A DNA stretch of 64,000 nt from Nannocystales bacterium (GTDB taxonomy: Bacteria > Myxococcota_A > Polyangia > Nannocystales > Nannocystaceae). Both the position numbers and the translations under genes were made by a program. The notes under the pieces were generated by a model. It saw nothing but the letters and a program-made list of their open reading frames with translations. It searched no databases and had not been told where the DNA came from. Shown here one piece after another: positions 9,721 through 17,836 of this stretch (position 1 is its first letter; the number at the start of each line of letters is the position of its first letter). Where the stretch lies: positions 8,521 through 72,520 of the forward strand of contig JBOEGF010000036.1 of the NCBI GenBank assembly GCA_050633305.1, written 5' to 3'.

Positions 9721-10602
9721 ATGACGCAAGACAAGTTCTCCCTGCGCACCGTCACCCCTGAGGTGCTCGAGGCGGCTTGGCAGCTCTTCACCGCGTTGCC
9801 GGCCCGTGCCCGCGTCACCGAAGCGCACGTCGTCGACGAGCAGCTCCGCGTCGCGCTCGTCGATTTTCTCGGCCAGCCCGCTTGGATCCTCGCAGGCATG
9901 CTCGAGGCCGTTCTCTCCGAGCGGGGTCGCATCGAGACCACGCAGCCACCCGCCGGAGTCGCACCGCGGCCCGTGTTCCGTCTGGAGCGCCGCTACGGGA
10001 ACAACACACCTGAGTTGGTTTGGAGCGGACCCACAGGTGGCCGCAGCGGCGCACGAGCGACCCGGCACGTCATCGAAGAGCTATTTCGAGCCGCGAAAAC
10101 GAGCGTGTTCATCGCTGGCTACAGCTTCTACCGCGCAGCGGAGTTGTTCGAGCCGCTCCGCGAACGGGTGAACCGTCAGCCCGAGAACGGGGCTCCAGCC
10201 TTAAAAATCCGCATCGTCATCGATTGCTCTGGCGTCAAGGACCCCTCGATGTCGACGGACGAGATCGTTCAGAAGTCGATCGCAGAGTTCGTACGGTCGT
10301 GTCCGCAGGTCCGGGAACTCGGCGCGCGGGTTCAGTACTACGTGCCTTCCGCGTCGCGCACCGACAAGGGAAGAGCACTGTGCAGCATGCACGCGAAGTG
10401 CATCGTCGTAGACGACGAGTCCGTCCTCGTTGGATCCGCAAACTTCTCGAACCGTGGCCGTGATGATCGGAACCTTGAAGTCGGCGCGTTGATTCGCGAT
10501 GCCAATTTCGCGTCCGTGCTCCTGGCGGCCTGGAGAGACGTCTCGAAGGACCTCGTGGACGTCTCGCTGCCTCCGAAGTCGTCGGGATCGTTGCCTGGTT
10601 AA
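9721..10602 (+). CDS. drmC: DISARM DrmC-like phospholipase D (HKD) family nuclease
   Basis: Single HKD motif SMHAKCIVVDDESVLVGSANFSNRG (His codon at 10390-10392). The ATG at 9721 lies 4 nt after the drmB stop. Confidence 0.8.
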   Translation: MTQDKFSLRTVTPEVLEAAWQLFTALPARARVTEAHVVDEQLRVALVDFLGQPAWILAGMLEAVLSERGRIETTQPPAGVAPRPVFRLERRYGNNTPELVWSGPTGGRSGARATRHVIEELFRAAKTSVFIAGYSFYRAAELFEPLRERVNRQPENGAPALKIRIVIDCSGVKDPSMSTDEIVQKSIAEFVRSCPQVRELGARVQYYVPSASRTDKGRALCSMHAKCIVVDDESVLVGSANFSNRGRDDRNLEVGALIRDANFASVLLAAWRDVSKDLVDVSLPPKSSGSLPG

Positions 10603-10718
10603 GCGCCTTCGTCGGAACCGGAGGCCTCGAGTACCTCTTCGGACGGGTCGTCGCCAGCGATGACCACGCGCCCGAGTACCACCAGCGCTGGGCACTCGAT
10701 GGCGCCCAAGAACGCGAC

Positions 10719-13040
10719 ATGTTCGAGGCCTTCGTCGACGAGATCATGGACCGCTGGCGGCGGTTCCCCGACCTTCACGTCTACCACTACGCCCCCTACG
10801 AGCCCGGCGCCATCAAGCGCCTCATGGGCCGCTACGCCACCCGCGAGGATGAGGTCGATCGCATGCTCCGCGCTGGCGTCTTCGTCGACCTCTACTCCAT
10901 CACCAAGCAAGCCCTGCGCGCCAGCGTCGAGCGCTACTCCATCAAGGACCTCGAGCAGTTCTTCGGCTATCAGCGCCAGATCGAGCTGCGCGAAGCCTCC
11001 ATGAACCTACGCGCCTTCGAGCGCACCCTCGAGCTGCACCAGGTCGACGTCGTCCCCCAACCCGTCCGCGTCGCCGTGCAGGCCTACAACCGCGACGACT
11101 GCGTCTCCACCCTGCGGCTGCGCGATTGGCTCGAGGGTCTGCGCGCGGGCCTCGTGGAGGGTGGGGAGGACGTCCCGCGTCCCGTGCCTCGCGACGCCGA
11201 GCCGAGTGAGGAGGTCGACGAGCGCCAGCAGCAGGTGCTTGCCCTCATGCAGCAGCTGCTGCGAGACGTTCCCGTCGACCGCGAGGAGCGTTCGGAGGAG
11301 GAACACGCGCGCTGGCTGCTGGCCCACATGCTGGGTTGGCACCGCCGCGAGGGCAAGGTCCCGTGGTGGGAGTACTTCCGCCTGGCCGAGTTGGACGAAG
11401 AAGAACTCATGGATGAGAGGGCAGGGGTTGCGGGGCTCGAGTTCGTCGAGCCCGCGGGTGGGACGGCGAAGTGTCCCATCCACCGCTACCGGTTTCCGTC
11501 GCAGGACACCGCCGTGCGAGACGAGGACGAGCTCCACACCGGGGTCGACGCCAAGTTCGGAAAAGTGGTCGGCATCGATCTGACCGGTCGAACCGTCGAC
11601 ATCAAGAAGCGTGGGGACACGGCCGACCTCCACCCGAGCGCCGCTTTCGCACACTCCACCGTCGGAACCACCGTCCTGTCGGACTCCCTCTTCCGCCTCG
11701 GCGAGTGGGTCGCTGCCCACGGGGTCAACGCGCACGGCCCGCTCAGAGCAGGGCGGGACCTCCTGTTGGGTCTCGTGCCTCGATGCTTGGGGCCTGCCCA
11801 ACCCGGCGCTGCCCTCCAGCGCACGGGCGAGACCGCGCTCGAAGCCGCTCGCCGCCTTGCCCTGGAACTCGACGGTGGCGTCCTCGCCATCCAAGGCCCT
11901 CCCGGCGCCGGCAAGACCTTCACCGGGGCCCGCATGATCTGCGAACTCGTCCGCGCCGGGAAGAAGGTCGGCATCACCGCTGGCGGGCACAAGGTGATCC
12001 GAAACCTGCTCGAGGCCGTCGTCGAGGCCGCTGCACAGGAGGGTCTCTCGATTCGCTGTCTTCAGAAGGTCAAGGGCAAGGCCGCCAAGGACGAAGGCCA
12101 GCCGATCCGCGAGACCGCGAAGAACCAGGACCTGGACGCCGCGCTCGCCGACGGCACTGTCGATGTTGCCGCGGGCACCGCATGGCTCTGGTCCCGGGAG
12201 GCCGCCGCCGAGTCCCTCGACGTCCTCTTCGTCGACGAGGCCGGGCAGATGTCCCTCGCGAACGTCCTCGCCGTCTCCCAGGCCGCCCACAGCGTCGTCC
12301 TCCTCGGCGACCCCCAACAGCTCGAGCAACCCCTCCAGGGCACTCACCCCGAGGGCACCGACGTCTCCGCCCTCGAGCACCTCCTGCGCGGCAAGCAGAC
12401 CATCGCCGCCGACCGCGGCTTGTTCCTGGCCGAGACCTACCGCCTGCACCCCTCTATCTGCCAGCTCACCTCCGAGCTGTCTTACGAAGGCCGCCTCACC
12501 TCGCGCCCCGAGCTCGCCCAACAAGCCCTCCTCGGCGACACCCCCTTCGCCGGTGCAGGCCTGTGGACCGTCGCCGTTGCGCACGACGGCAACCGCAACA
12601 GCTCCAGCGAAGAGGTCGAAGCCGTCGCCGAGATCTACGAGGGACTCCTCTCTGGCGATGTCTCCTGGCGGAATCAGGACGGTGTCGAAGCCAAGCTCAC
12701 CGCCGCCGACATCCTGATCGTCGCCCCCTACAATGCCCACGTTGGCCTCCTCGGCGAGCGGCTGCCGGGCGCCAAGATCGGAACCGTCGACAAGTTCCAG
12801 GGCCAAGAGGCACCCGTCGTCATCTACTCCATGGCGACCTCATCCCCCGACGAGGCGCCGCGGGGGATGGAGTTCCTGTTCAGCCTCCACCGGCTCAACG
12901 TGGCCACATCGAGGGCTCGCTGCGCCTGTATCCTCGTCGCAAGCCCGCGCTTGTTCGAACCCGACTGCCGGACGCCCAGGCAGATGCAGCTCGCGAACGC
13001 GTTCTGCCGCTGCGCGGAGCTGGCGACGACGGTCGAATAG
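10719..13040 (+). CDS. N-terminally truncated TM0106-type RecB-like nuclease / SF1 (DNA2-Upf1-like, AAA_11/AAA_12) helicase
   Basis: Has HVYHYAPYEPGAIKRLMGRYATREDEVDRMLR (RNase H-like exonuclease region) and Walker A AIQGPPGAGKTFTGA, plus DEAGQ and C-terminal SF1 motifs. In-frame homology (FVGTGGLEYLFG) extends upstream to nt ~10605 with no start codon and no RecB/Cas4-like domain. Confidence 0.7.
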   Translation: MFEAFVDEIMDRWRRFPDLHVYHYAPYEPGAIKRLMGRYATREDEVDRMLRAGVFVDLYSITKQALRASVERYSIKDLEQFFGYQRQIELREASMNLRAFERTLELHQVDVVPQPVRVAVQAYNRDDCVSTLRLRDWLEGLRAGLVEGGEDVPRPVPRDAEPSEEVDERQQQVLALMQQLLRDVPVDREERSEEEHARWLLAHMLGWHRREGKVPWWEYFRLAELDEEELMDERAGVAGLEFVEPAGGTAKCPIHRYRFPSQDTAVRDEDELHTGVDAKFGKVVGIDLTGRTVDIKKRGDTADLHPSAAFAHSTVGTTVLSDSLFRLGEWVAAHGVNAHGPLRAGRDLLLGLVPRCLGPAQPGAALQRTGETALEAARRLALELDGGVLAIQGPPGAGKTFTGARMICELVRAGKKVGITAGGHKVIRNLLEAVVEAAAQEGLSIRCLQKVKGKAAKDEGQPIRETAKNQDLDAALADGTVDVAAGTAWLWSREAAAESLDVLFVDEAGQMSLANVLAVSQAAHSVVLLGDPQQLEQPLQGTHPEGTDVSALEHLLRGKQTIAADRGLFLAETYRLHPSICQLTSELSYEGRLTSRPELAQQALLGDTPFAGAGLWTVAVAHDGNRNSSSEEVEAVAEIYEGLLSGDVSWRNQDGVEAKLTAADILIVAPYNAHVGLLGERLPGAKIGTVDKFQGQEAPVVIYSMATSSPDEAPRGMEFLFSLHRLNVATSRARCACILVASPRLFEPDCRTPRQMQLANAFCRCAELATTVE

Positions 13041-13104
13041 GAGCCGAGCACCATGCCTTCGCCGACGTGCCCACCGCGGGGGCAGGGACTCCGGCGCCCG
13101 CCCG

Positions 13105-13217
13105 TCACTCGTCCTTCCCCTCCAGCCGCTTCACCTCTCGCTCGAAGTCACTCTCGAACTCCCGGTCCTGCTGCACGCGGTACTTCGCATACACCTCCTC
13201 TGCGAGCCTCCCGGCGG
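13105..13217 (-). repeat. Copy A of a ~113-bp direct repeat; startless gene 3' end encoding ...AEEVYAKYRVQQDREFESDFEREVKRLEGKDE*
   Basis: Aligns to 15849-15961 with about 8 mismatches, some synonymous. On the minus strand an in-frame stop lies 53 codons upstream, and there is no ATG. Confidence 0.7.
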
Positions 13218-13352
13218 GGTGGATGCGCTGGCGAAGCTCGCGAAAGCCGTCGCGTAGTTGCGCGACTCAACGCGCTGCGAACTGCGACTCCGTCGCAGAT
13301 CAAGAGTCGGTCGGCGGAGAACCGTACCCGGTCCCCGCGAATCAGAAGACCG

Positions 13353-13562
13353 TCACCCGCCCGAAAGATACGGCGGCTCTTCCGGTAGCTTTGGAGAACC
13401 GTCTTCGTTCCTCCGGCCGCGCCGGATCTCTGCCGCGAGATGGTCTTCCCGAGAGGTATTCTTGAGCCGTTCGAGCATGCGCTGGAAGACGCGCTCCGCT
13501 TCGCGAACCGAGGGGTCCACGATGACCCTCTTCGTGCTTGGCTCCGACATCAGCTTAACCAT
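13353..13562 (-). CDS. Small hypothetical ORF (~69 aa, MVKLMSEPSTKRV...) overlapping the end of the DUF3990-like gene
   Basis: Internal Met of listed ORF 13353..13712. It overlaps the upstream gene end by 8 nt, which suggests coupling. No recognisable family. Confidence 0.3.
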   Translation of the reverse strand: MVKLMSEPSTKRVIVDPSVREAERVFQRMLERLKNTSREDHLAAEIRRGRRNEDGSPKLPEEPPYLSGG

Positions 13563-14157
13563 GACGAGCTTGCCCTGCCTGTGCAAGTTGCGCGGGTTCC
13601 ACCGGGTCGTTGCTCGTCTCGAGTGACGGCCGGAACAGCCCGATGAGCGCTTCTGGCCTTCGAACGACGATCTGGATGTGATTCTCCCCGAGAATCTCGG
13701 AGCCGGGCGCAACGGGCCTCCCCTCTTGAAACAGACCTCGCACGGTGTGGAACGCGGCGCCCTCCACCTCCTCCATCTGGTCGCAAAAGCTGTTCACCAA
13801 GAAGCAGTCCAGGTCGCGCCTCTTGTCCCGGTTCTGCGGGAACTCATCGCCCCTCTCCTGAAGGACAGTCGCAATCTCGGCGAGCCGGCGCGTGTGATCC
13901 GTGTCGAGAAGGTCGAGGCAGTTCCCGAGCTGGATAATCGCTCCAACCACCGCGAACTTAGGTCCCTCCTGGGAGCCCCACCTCTCCCGCGCCCAATCAT
14001 GGGCCCTTTGCAAGCCGAACTCCCAGAAGTAGATGCCATGGCCAAGCCAATCCCACGAGTTCTTGCTGTGCTTGAACCCCTCACCTTCGAGTAGCAGGCG
14101 GTCGGCAACCTCTTTCGAGCAAGCGTGGTAGCCGATGACTCTGCGGTCGTACTGCAT
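13555..14157 (-). CDS. DUF3990-like protein (predicted ADP-ribosyltransferase-type fold)
   Basis: Has VIGYHACS ... DWLGHGIYFWE ... AHDWA ... HIQIVVRRPEAL. This His / aromatic-Tyr pattern and its spacing resemble DUF3990. The assignment is from memory of the family. Confidence 0.5.
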   Translation of the reverse strand: MQYDRRVIGYHACSKEVADRLLLEGEGFKHSKNSWDWLGHGIYFWEFGLQRAHDWARERWGSQEGPKFAVVGAIIQLGNCLDLLDTDHTRRLAEIATVLQERGDEFPQNRDKRRDLDCFLVNSFCDQMEEVEGAAFHTVRGLFQEGRPVAPGSEILGENHIQIVVRRPEALIGLFRPSLETSNDPVEPAQLAQAGQARHG

Positions 14158-14358
14158 GCCGACGAGCAGCCTATCGGCCTCCGCGATGACGCCACAATCG
14201 GCGAGGCGCTTCGGGGACAGGTTGAAGCTCGAGGAGCGTGTCGAAGCGTCGGAGCAGAGCGACCAGGCGGGAGCGATTCAATCCACACGACCCGGAGACC
14301 TGTCCCTCGGTCGCCCGCAACCTTGTCCCACCCTCCGCAACCTTCCAAGGTCCTGCCG

Positions 14359-15423
14359 ATGGGCGTGCACGTGAACCTCTGGGTCGAACACAGTCGGATC
14401 GACCCCGAGGCATGGACGGCATACTTCGACGAAGCGCTCGTCACCACCCGGGCGTATCCACCAGGCGCGCTGTCGCTGGGCATGCTCGAGGTCGGGGGGG
14501 TCGAGATCCCCGCCTACACCAACGAGGTGCTTCAAGCGCGCGGCGGCGTTCCCTGCATTCGCATCGCAGGCGATCGAGCCTCCAAACGCACGGCGGAGTC
14601 GTTCGAGATTCCCCAGCACCTCCGGCCCAGCCGCGTCCCCTCTGGCCGCGCGGCGCCGCACGCCCACGTACTGTGTCACTTCGGCGACGACGATTCGTGG
14701 CCGGCCACCGTGTTTGCGCGCAAGACCCAGGGCCATCCGTTCCACGTGCTCATGGTCGCGCTCGGTCTTCTGGCCGAGTGTCGTTTTCCCGGGGTCGCGG
14801 CCGTCGGCGGAGACATCGACGCTCGCGATGGCGAGCAGGCGCGCGCGCTACTGCAACAGCTCCTCGGCCAACGCTTCGACAGGCCGCTTTGCACCGACGA
14901 GCCTCGTCTCCGCTCCACACTCCAACCCAGCCTCAGCCCTGTCGCCATCGACCGCGCTGTTCAACACCTGGTCCGGCCGCTCGACCCCGCGATCATCGGC
15001 GACATTCTCGGCCACCTGCGCGCGGCCCCGTTGGGCAAGGTCCGACACGAACTCGAGACCTTCGTACCGAGCGCCCCCAGCTTTGAGGTGCTGTGCAACG
15101 AGACGCAGGAGGTCTTTGTGACGCTCGCGGGCTCCCTCTCGCGAGCGTTCGACGATCCGACGTCCGAAGAACTCCTCGCGGCGTTGGACCACGCCCGCGC
15201 CCTGCAGATCCTTGCCAGAACCACCCACAGGCGCCGTCTCACGCTCACCGAAGACGCCTGGGTTTCTCTACGTCAGGCCCCGACGGAGGTCCTGAGATTT
15301 TGCGTCCGCTTCGCGGCCTTCGAGTGGAAGGGGTGGGAACTCCATCAGGTCGTCCGGGGCATCTTCGAGAACGAGCACGTCCGCGAAGCCATGTTCGCGC
15401 GATGGAGCGAGGGCCCCGTGTAG
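14359..15423 (+). CDS. Hypothetical protein (~354 aa)
   Basis: Internal ATG (MGVHVNLWVEHSRIDPEAW) of listed ORF 14125..15423. The upstream part of that ORF is antisense to the DUF3990-like gene. Confidence 0.55.
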   Translation: MGVHVNLWVEHSRIDPEAWTAYFDEALVTTRAYPPGALSLGMLEVGGVEIPAYTNEVLQARGGVPCIRIAGDRASKRTAESFEIPQHLRPSRVPSGRAAPHAHVLCHFGDDDSWPATVFARKTQGHPFHVLMVALGLLAECRFPGVAAVGGDIDARDGEQARALLQQLLGQRFDRPLCTDEPRLRSTLQPSLSPVAIDRAVQHLVRPLDPAIIGDILGHLRAAPLGKVRHELETFVPSAPSFEVLCNETQEVFVTLAGSLSRAFDDPTSEELLAALDHARALQILARTTHRRRLTLTEDAWVSLRQAPTEVLRFCVRFAAFEWKGWELHQVVRGIFENEHVREAMFARWSEGPV

Positions 15424-15499
15424 CTCACTACGCACTCCGCCTTCGCGCGCGGCGTGAAGTCGAACCCGCTCTCCGCTGCGATCCTCGGAACGAGCCGCG

Positions 15500-15844
15500 G
15501 TGTCGCCAGCGCTCCTCGAGGACACCGACGCGCAGATCCTCATCGCCGAGGCCGACGGCGAGGCGTTGGGCTACCTCGTGGCGAAGCACGAGCGCCGCGA
15601 GCACCCGATGGTCACGCCGCGATCGTTCGTGCTGATCGACGCACTCGCAGTGTCGGCGAAGGTGTGGCGGCGCGGCCCGGAGGCTGATGGATGCCGCGAC
15701 GGCCCACGCCCAGGCACTGGGACCGAGCCCGTGGAGCTGACGGTGCGATCGTTCAACCGCGAGGCGATCGTGTGCTACGAGGCGCTGGGGTTTGGGGCCG
15801 AGCCGCTGCGGATGAGCCTTCCGAACCGCGAGCCCGACGCGTGA
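15500..15844 (+). pseudogene. GNAT N-acetyltransferase remnant with frameshifts
   Basis: The listed frame has LIDALAVSAKV and VELTVRSFNREAIVCYEALGF. The acetyl-CoA motif A (RRCGGAARRLMDAATAHAQALGPSP) is encoded out of frame at 15657-15737. The N-terminal part is interrupted by an in-frame stop at 15455. Confidence 0.5.
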
Positions 15845-15848
15845 ACCA

Positions 15849-15961
15849 TCACTCGTCCTTCCCCTTCAGCCGCTTCATCTCTCGCTCGAAGTCACTCTCG
15901 AACTCCCGGTCCTGCTGCACGCGATACTTCGCATACTCTTTCTCTGCGAGCCTCCGGGCGA
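15849..15961 (-). repeat. Copy B of the ~113-bp direct repeat; startless gene 3' end encoding ...AEKEYAKYRVQQDREFESDFEREMKRLKGKDE*
   Basis: About 93 % identical to 13105-13217. Upstream fragments in other frames up to 16275 suggest a multiply frameshifted gene. Confidence 0.7.
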
Positions 15962-16237
15962 CGGCTGCCGACACCTGACCGGCATTTCGCGAGAAACCGA
16001 GCGATTCCCCTTGGTTCGAACGACTCTCTCACCGTTGGTAGCCACAACGTCGTCCGGATCACCCGCCCCCAGCGCTAGGCGCCGGCCTCGGCGGACTGCC
16101 ATGGAACACCGTACGCGAGCGCGTCACGGACTCCCTCGGGTCGCTCGAAGGCGTGCAGGTCTTTCTCTACGCGCCCAAGTGACGAACCCCCGCAAACCTG
16201 TCCCTGGGGTCCGTGCTCGAAGAAGATCTCACCTTCC

Positions 16238-16699
16238 ATGCAACACCGCCATCCGACGGCCGACCCAACCAGCATGACGCACAGCTACCCCGAGCACCCA
16301 CCCGAAGTCCTCCCGCCCGAGGGCGTCATCGAGATGGCCTGCACGAAGTACGGCGACGACCCCGAGCTCTTCCACGCGTATGCATCTTTTGCGGGCAGGG
16401 TCGATGCATTTCTCTCCTGTCGCGGCCTTCAGGGATGGGACGCGTTGGACGTGGAGCGCTTCATCCTCTCGGCGAGGACACCGTCGGAGGCGGGAACCCT
16501 GTGCTGCATGCTGGCGACGGTGCTGCCCTGGATGGTCGGAGCCGAAGACATCTCCCGGTTCGACGCGAGCCGCCAACTCGCAGCACTCCTCGAATCCTGC
16601 CCGGGAGACGTCCAGGCGCGCACTTGCGTGAAGCAGGCGATCGAACAACTCGAGGAGACCGAGGCTTGGGCAGACGGATCGGAGGAACTCCGACACTGA
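16238..16699 (+). CDS. Hypothetical protein (start uncertain; alternative Met at 16274)
   Basis: Its composition is more protein-like than that of the overlapping antisense ORF 16229..16696. Confidence 0.45.
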   Translation: MQHRHPTADPTSMTHSYPEHPPEVLPPEGVIEMACTKYGDDPELFHAYASFAGRVDAFLSCRGLQGWDALDVERFILSARTPSEAGTLCCMLATVLPWMVGAEDISRFDASRQLAALLESCPGDVQARTCVKQAIEQLEETEAWADGSEELRH

Positions 16700-16714
16700 G
16701 ATGTCGAGCAGCCC

Positions 16715-17698
16715 TCAGGCCCAGCGGATCTGATAACGCAGGCTGTGCCCGCACACTTCGGAGAACCGCTGCACGGAGCGGGCGCTCATCTTCTCGGAGA
16801 CGGCGATGGGGATTCGGGTGGTGAGCCAGCTGCCGAGGGAGGGGACCTCGCCCTGAAATGTGGGGCCTTCGGCGGGCTCGCGCAGGACGACGTGGGCGTC
16901 GATGGCATCGGCCCGGTCCATGAGGTCGAAGACCTGGCGGAAGAGGATGTAGGAGGTGTCGCTGCGGTGGGCGGACCAGTTGGCGACGGGCATGAAATCC
17001 ACGAGGTGGATGAGCTGGTAGTTCATGGCCTCCCAGAACTGCTCTCCGGTCAACTCGAGGGGCTCGTTGTCGATCACGCGCCTCATGGAGACGGCCTTGA
17101 TCGGACGACCGACGTTCCGGCGGAGCTCGTGGCGAATCTCGCCGGAGTACAGGAGGCGAAGCAGGCTGGGGAAGGCGGCGACCTGTAAGAAATCGGAAGG
17201 ACTGAGCAAGGCCTCCAGGCGCGGGATCTTGTTCGCCTCCATGGCGAAGGTGTTGGTCCCGGTGCCCAGGATGCTGTGCAGCAGCATGACCAAGGGGCTT
17301 CCGGCTGGGTAGTACTTGGCGGTGTACTCGAAGCAAAAGTACAGGTGGTCGAGGAAGGAACCGTCGGCGTGCTCGACGTCGAAGTTGCACTCCTGAACGA
17401 GGAAGCTGGCGAGGGCTTCGGGAACGGGGGGGAGTTCGAGACCCTCGGTGGCGCGGTCGTAGGCGGCCTGAACGTCGGCGGATGCGTCGCTCTGCCAGGA
17501 GACATCCTTCCCAACTCGGTGCCGAATCACGTAGCGCGCGGCGGGGCTCTGCAAGGTCTGGAAAATCGTTCGATTGAGGTCGAAGTCTTCGATCGGCTTC
17601 ACCTCGACCTTGCCCTTGTGGTCGCGTGCCCCGGCGTAGGCAATGGCGGCCTTGCGCGCGACGGTGGGCTCGGGCCTTTCTGCGGCGTTCTGCGGCAT
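16715..17698 (-). CDS. Hypothetical protein (327 aa)
   Basis: Met (MPQNAAERPEP) at 17698 inside listed ORF 16715..18607. The Arg/Pro-rich N-terminal extension of that ORF is antisense to the hydrolase gene. Confidence 0.7.
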   Translation of the reverse strand: MPQNAAERPEPTVARKAAIAYAGARDHKGKVEVKPIEDFDLNRTIFQTLQSPAARYVIRHRVGKDVSWQSDASADVQAAYDRATEGLELPPVPEALASFLVQECNFDVEHADGSFLDHLYFCFEYTAKYYPAGSPLVMLLHSILGTGTNTFAMEANKIPRLEALLSPSDFLQVAAFPSLLRLLYSGEIRHELRRNVGRPIKAVSMRRVIDNEPLELTGEQFWEAMNYQLIHLVDFMPVANWSAHRSDTSYILFRQVFDLMDRADAIDAHVVLREPAEGPTFQGEVPSLGSWLTTRIPIAVSEKMSARSVQRFSEVCGHSLRYQIRWA

Positions 17699-17836
17699 CT
17701 CAGCGCGAAGCGTAGCAGAGGTCGTTCGGGCTCGGGACGCAGGGCAGGTGGCGCTGCGACCGTGGGTAACCGGCCACGGAGTTCGGACGGAGACGGGGTC
17801 CGGGCGGACGCACGGTGTGCAATCCTCGGTACCGCG

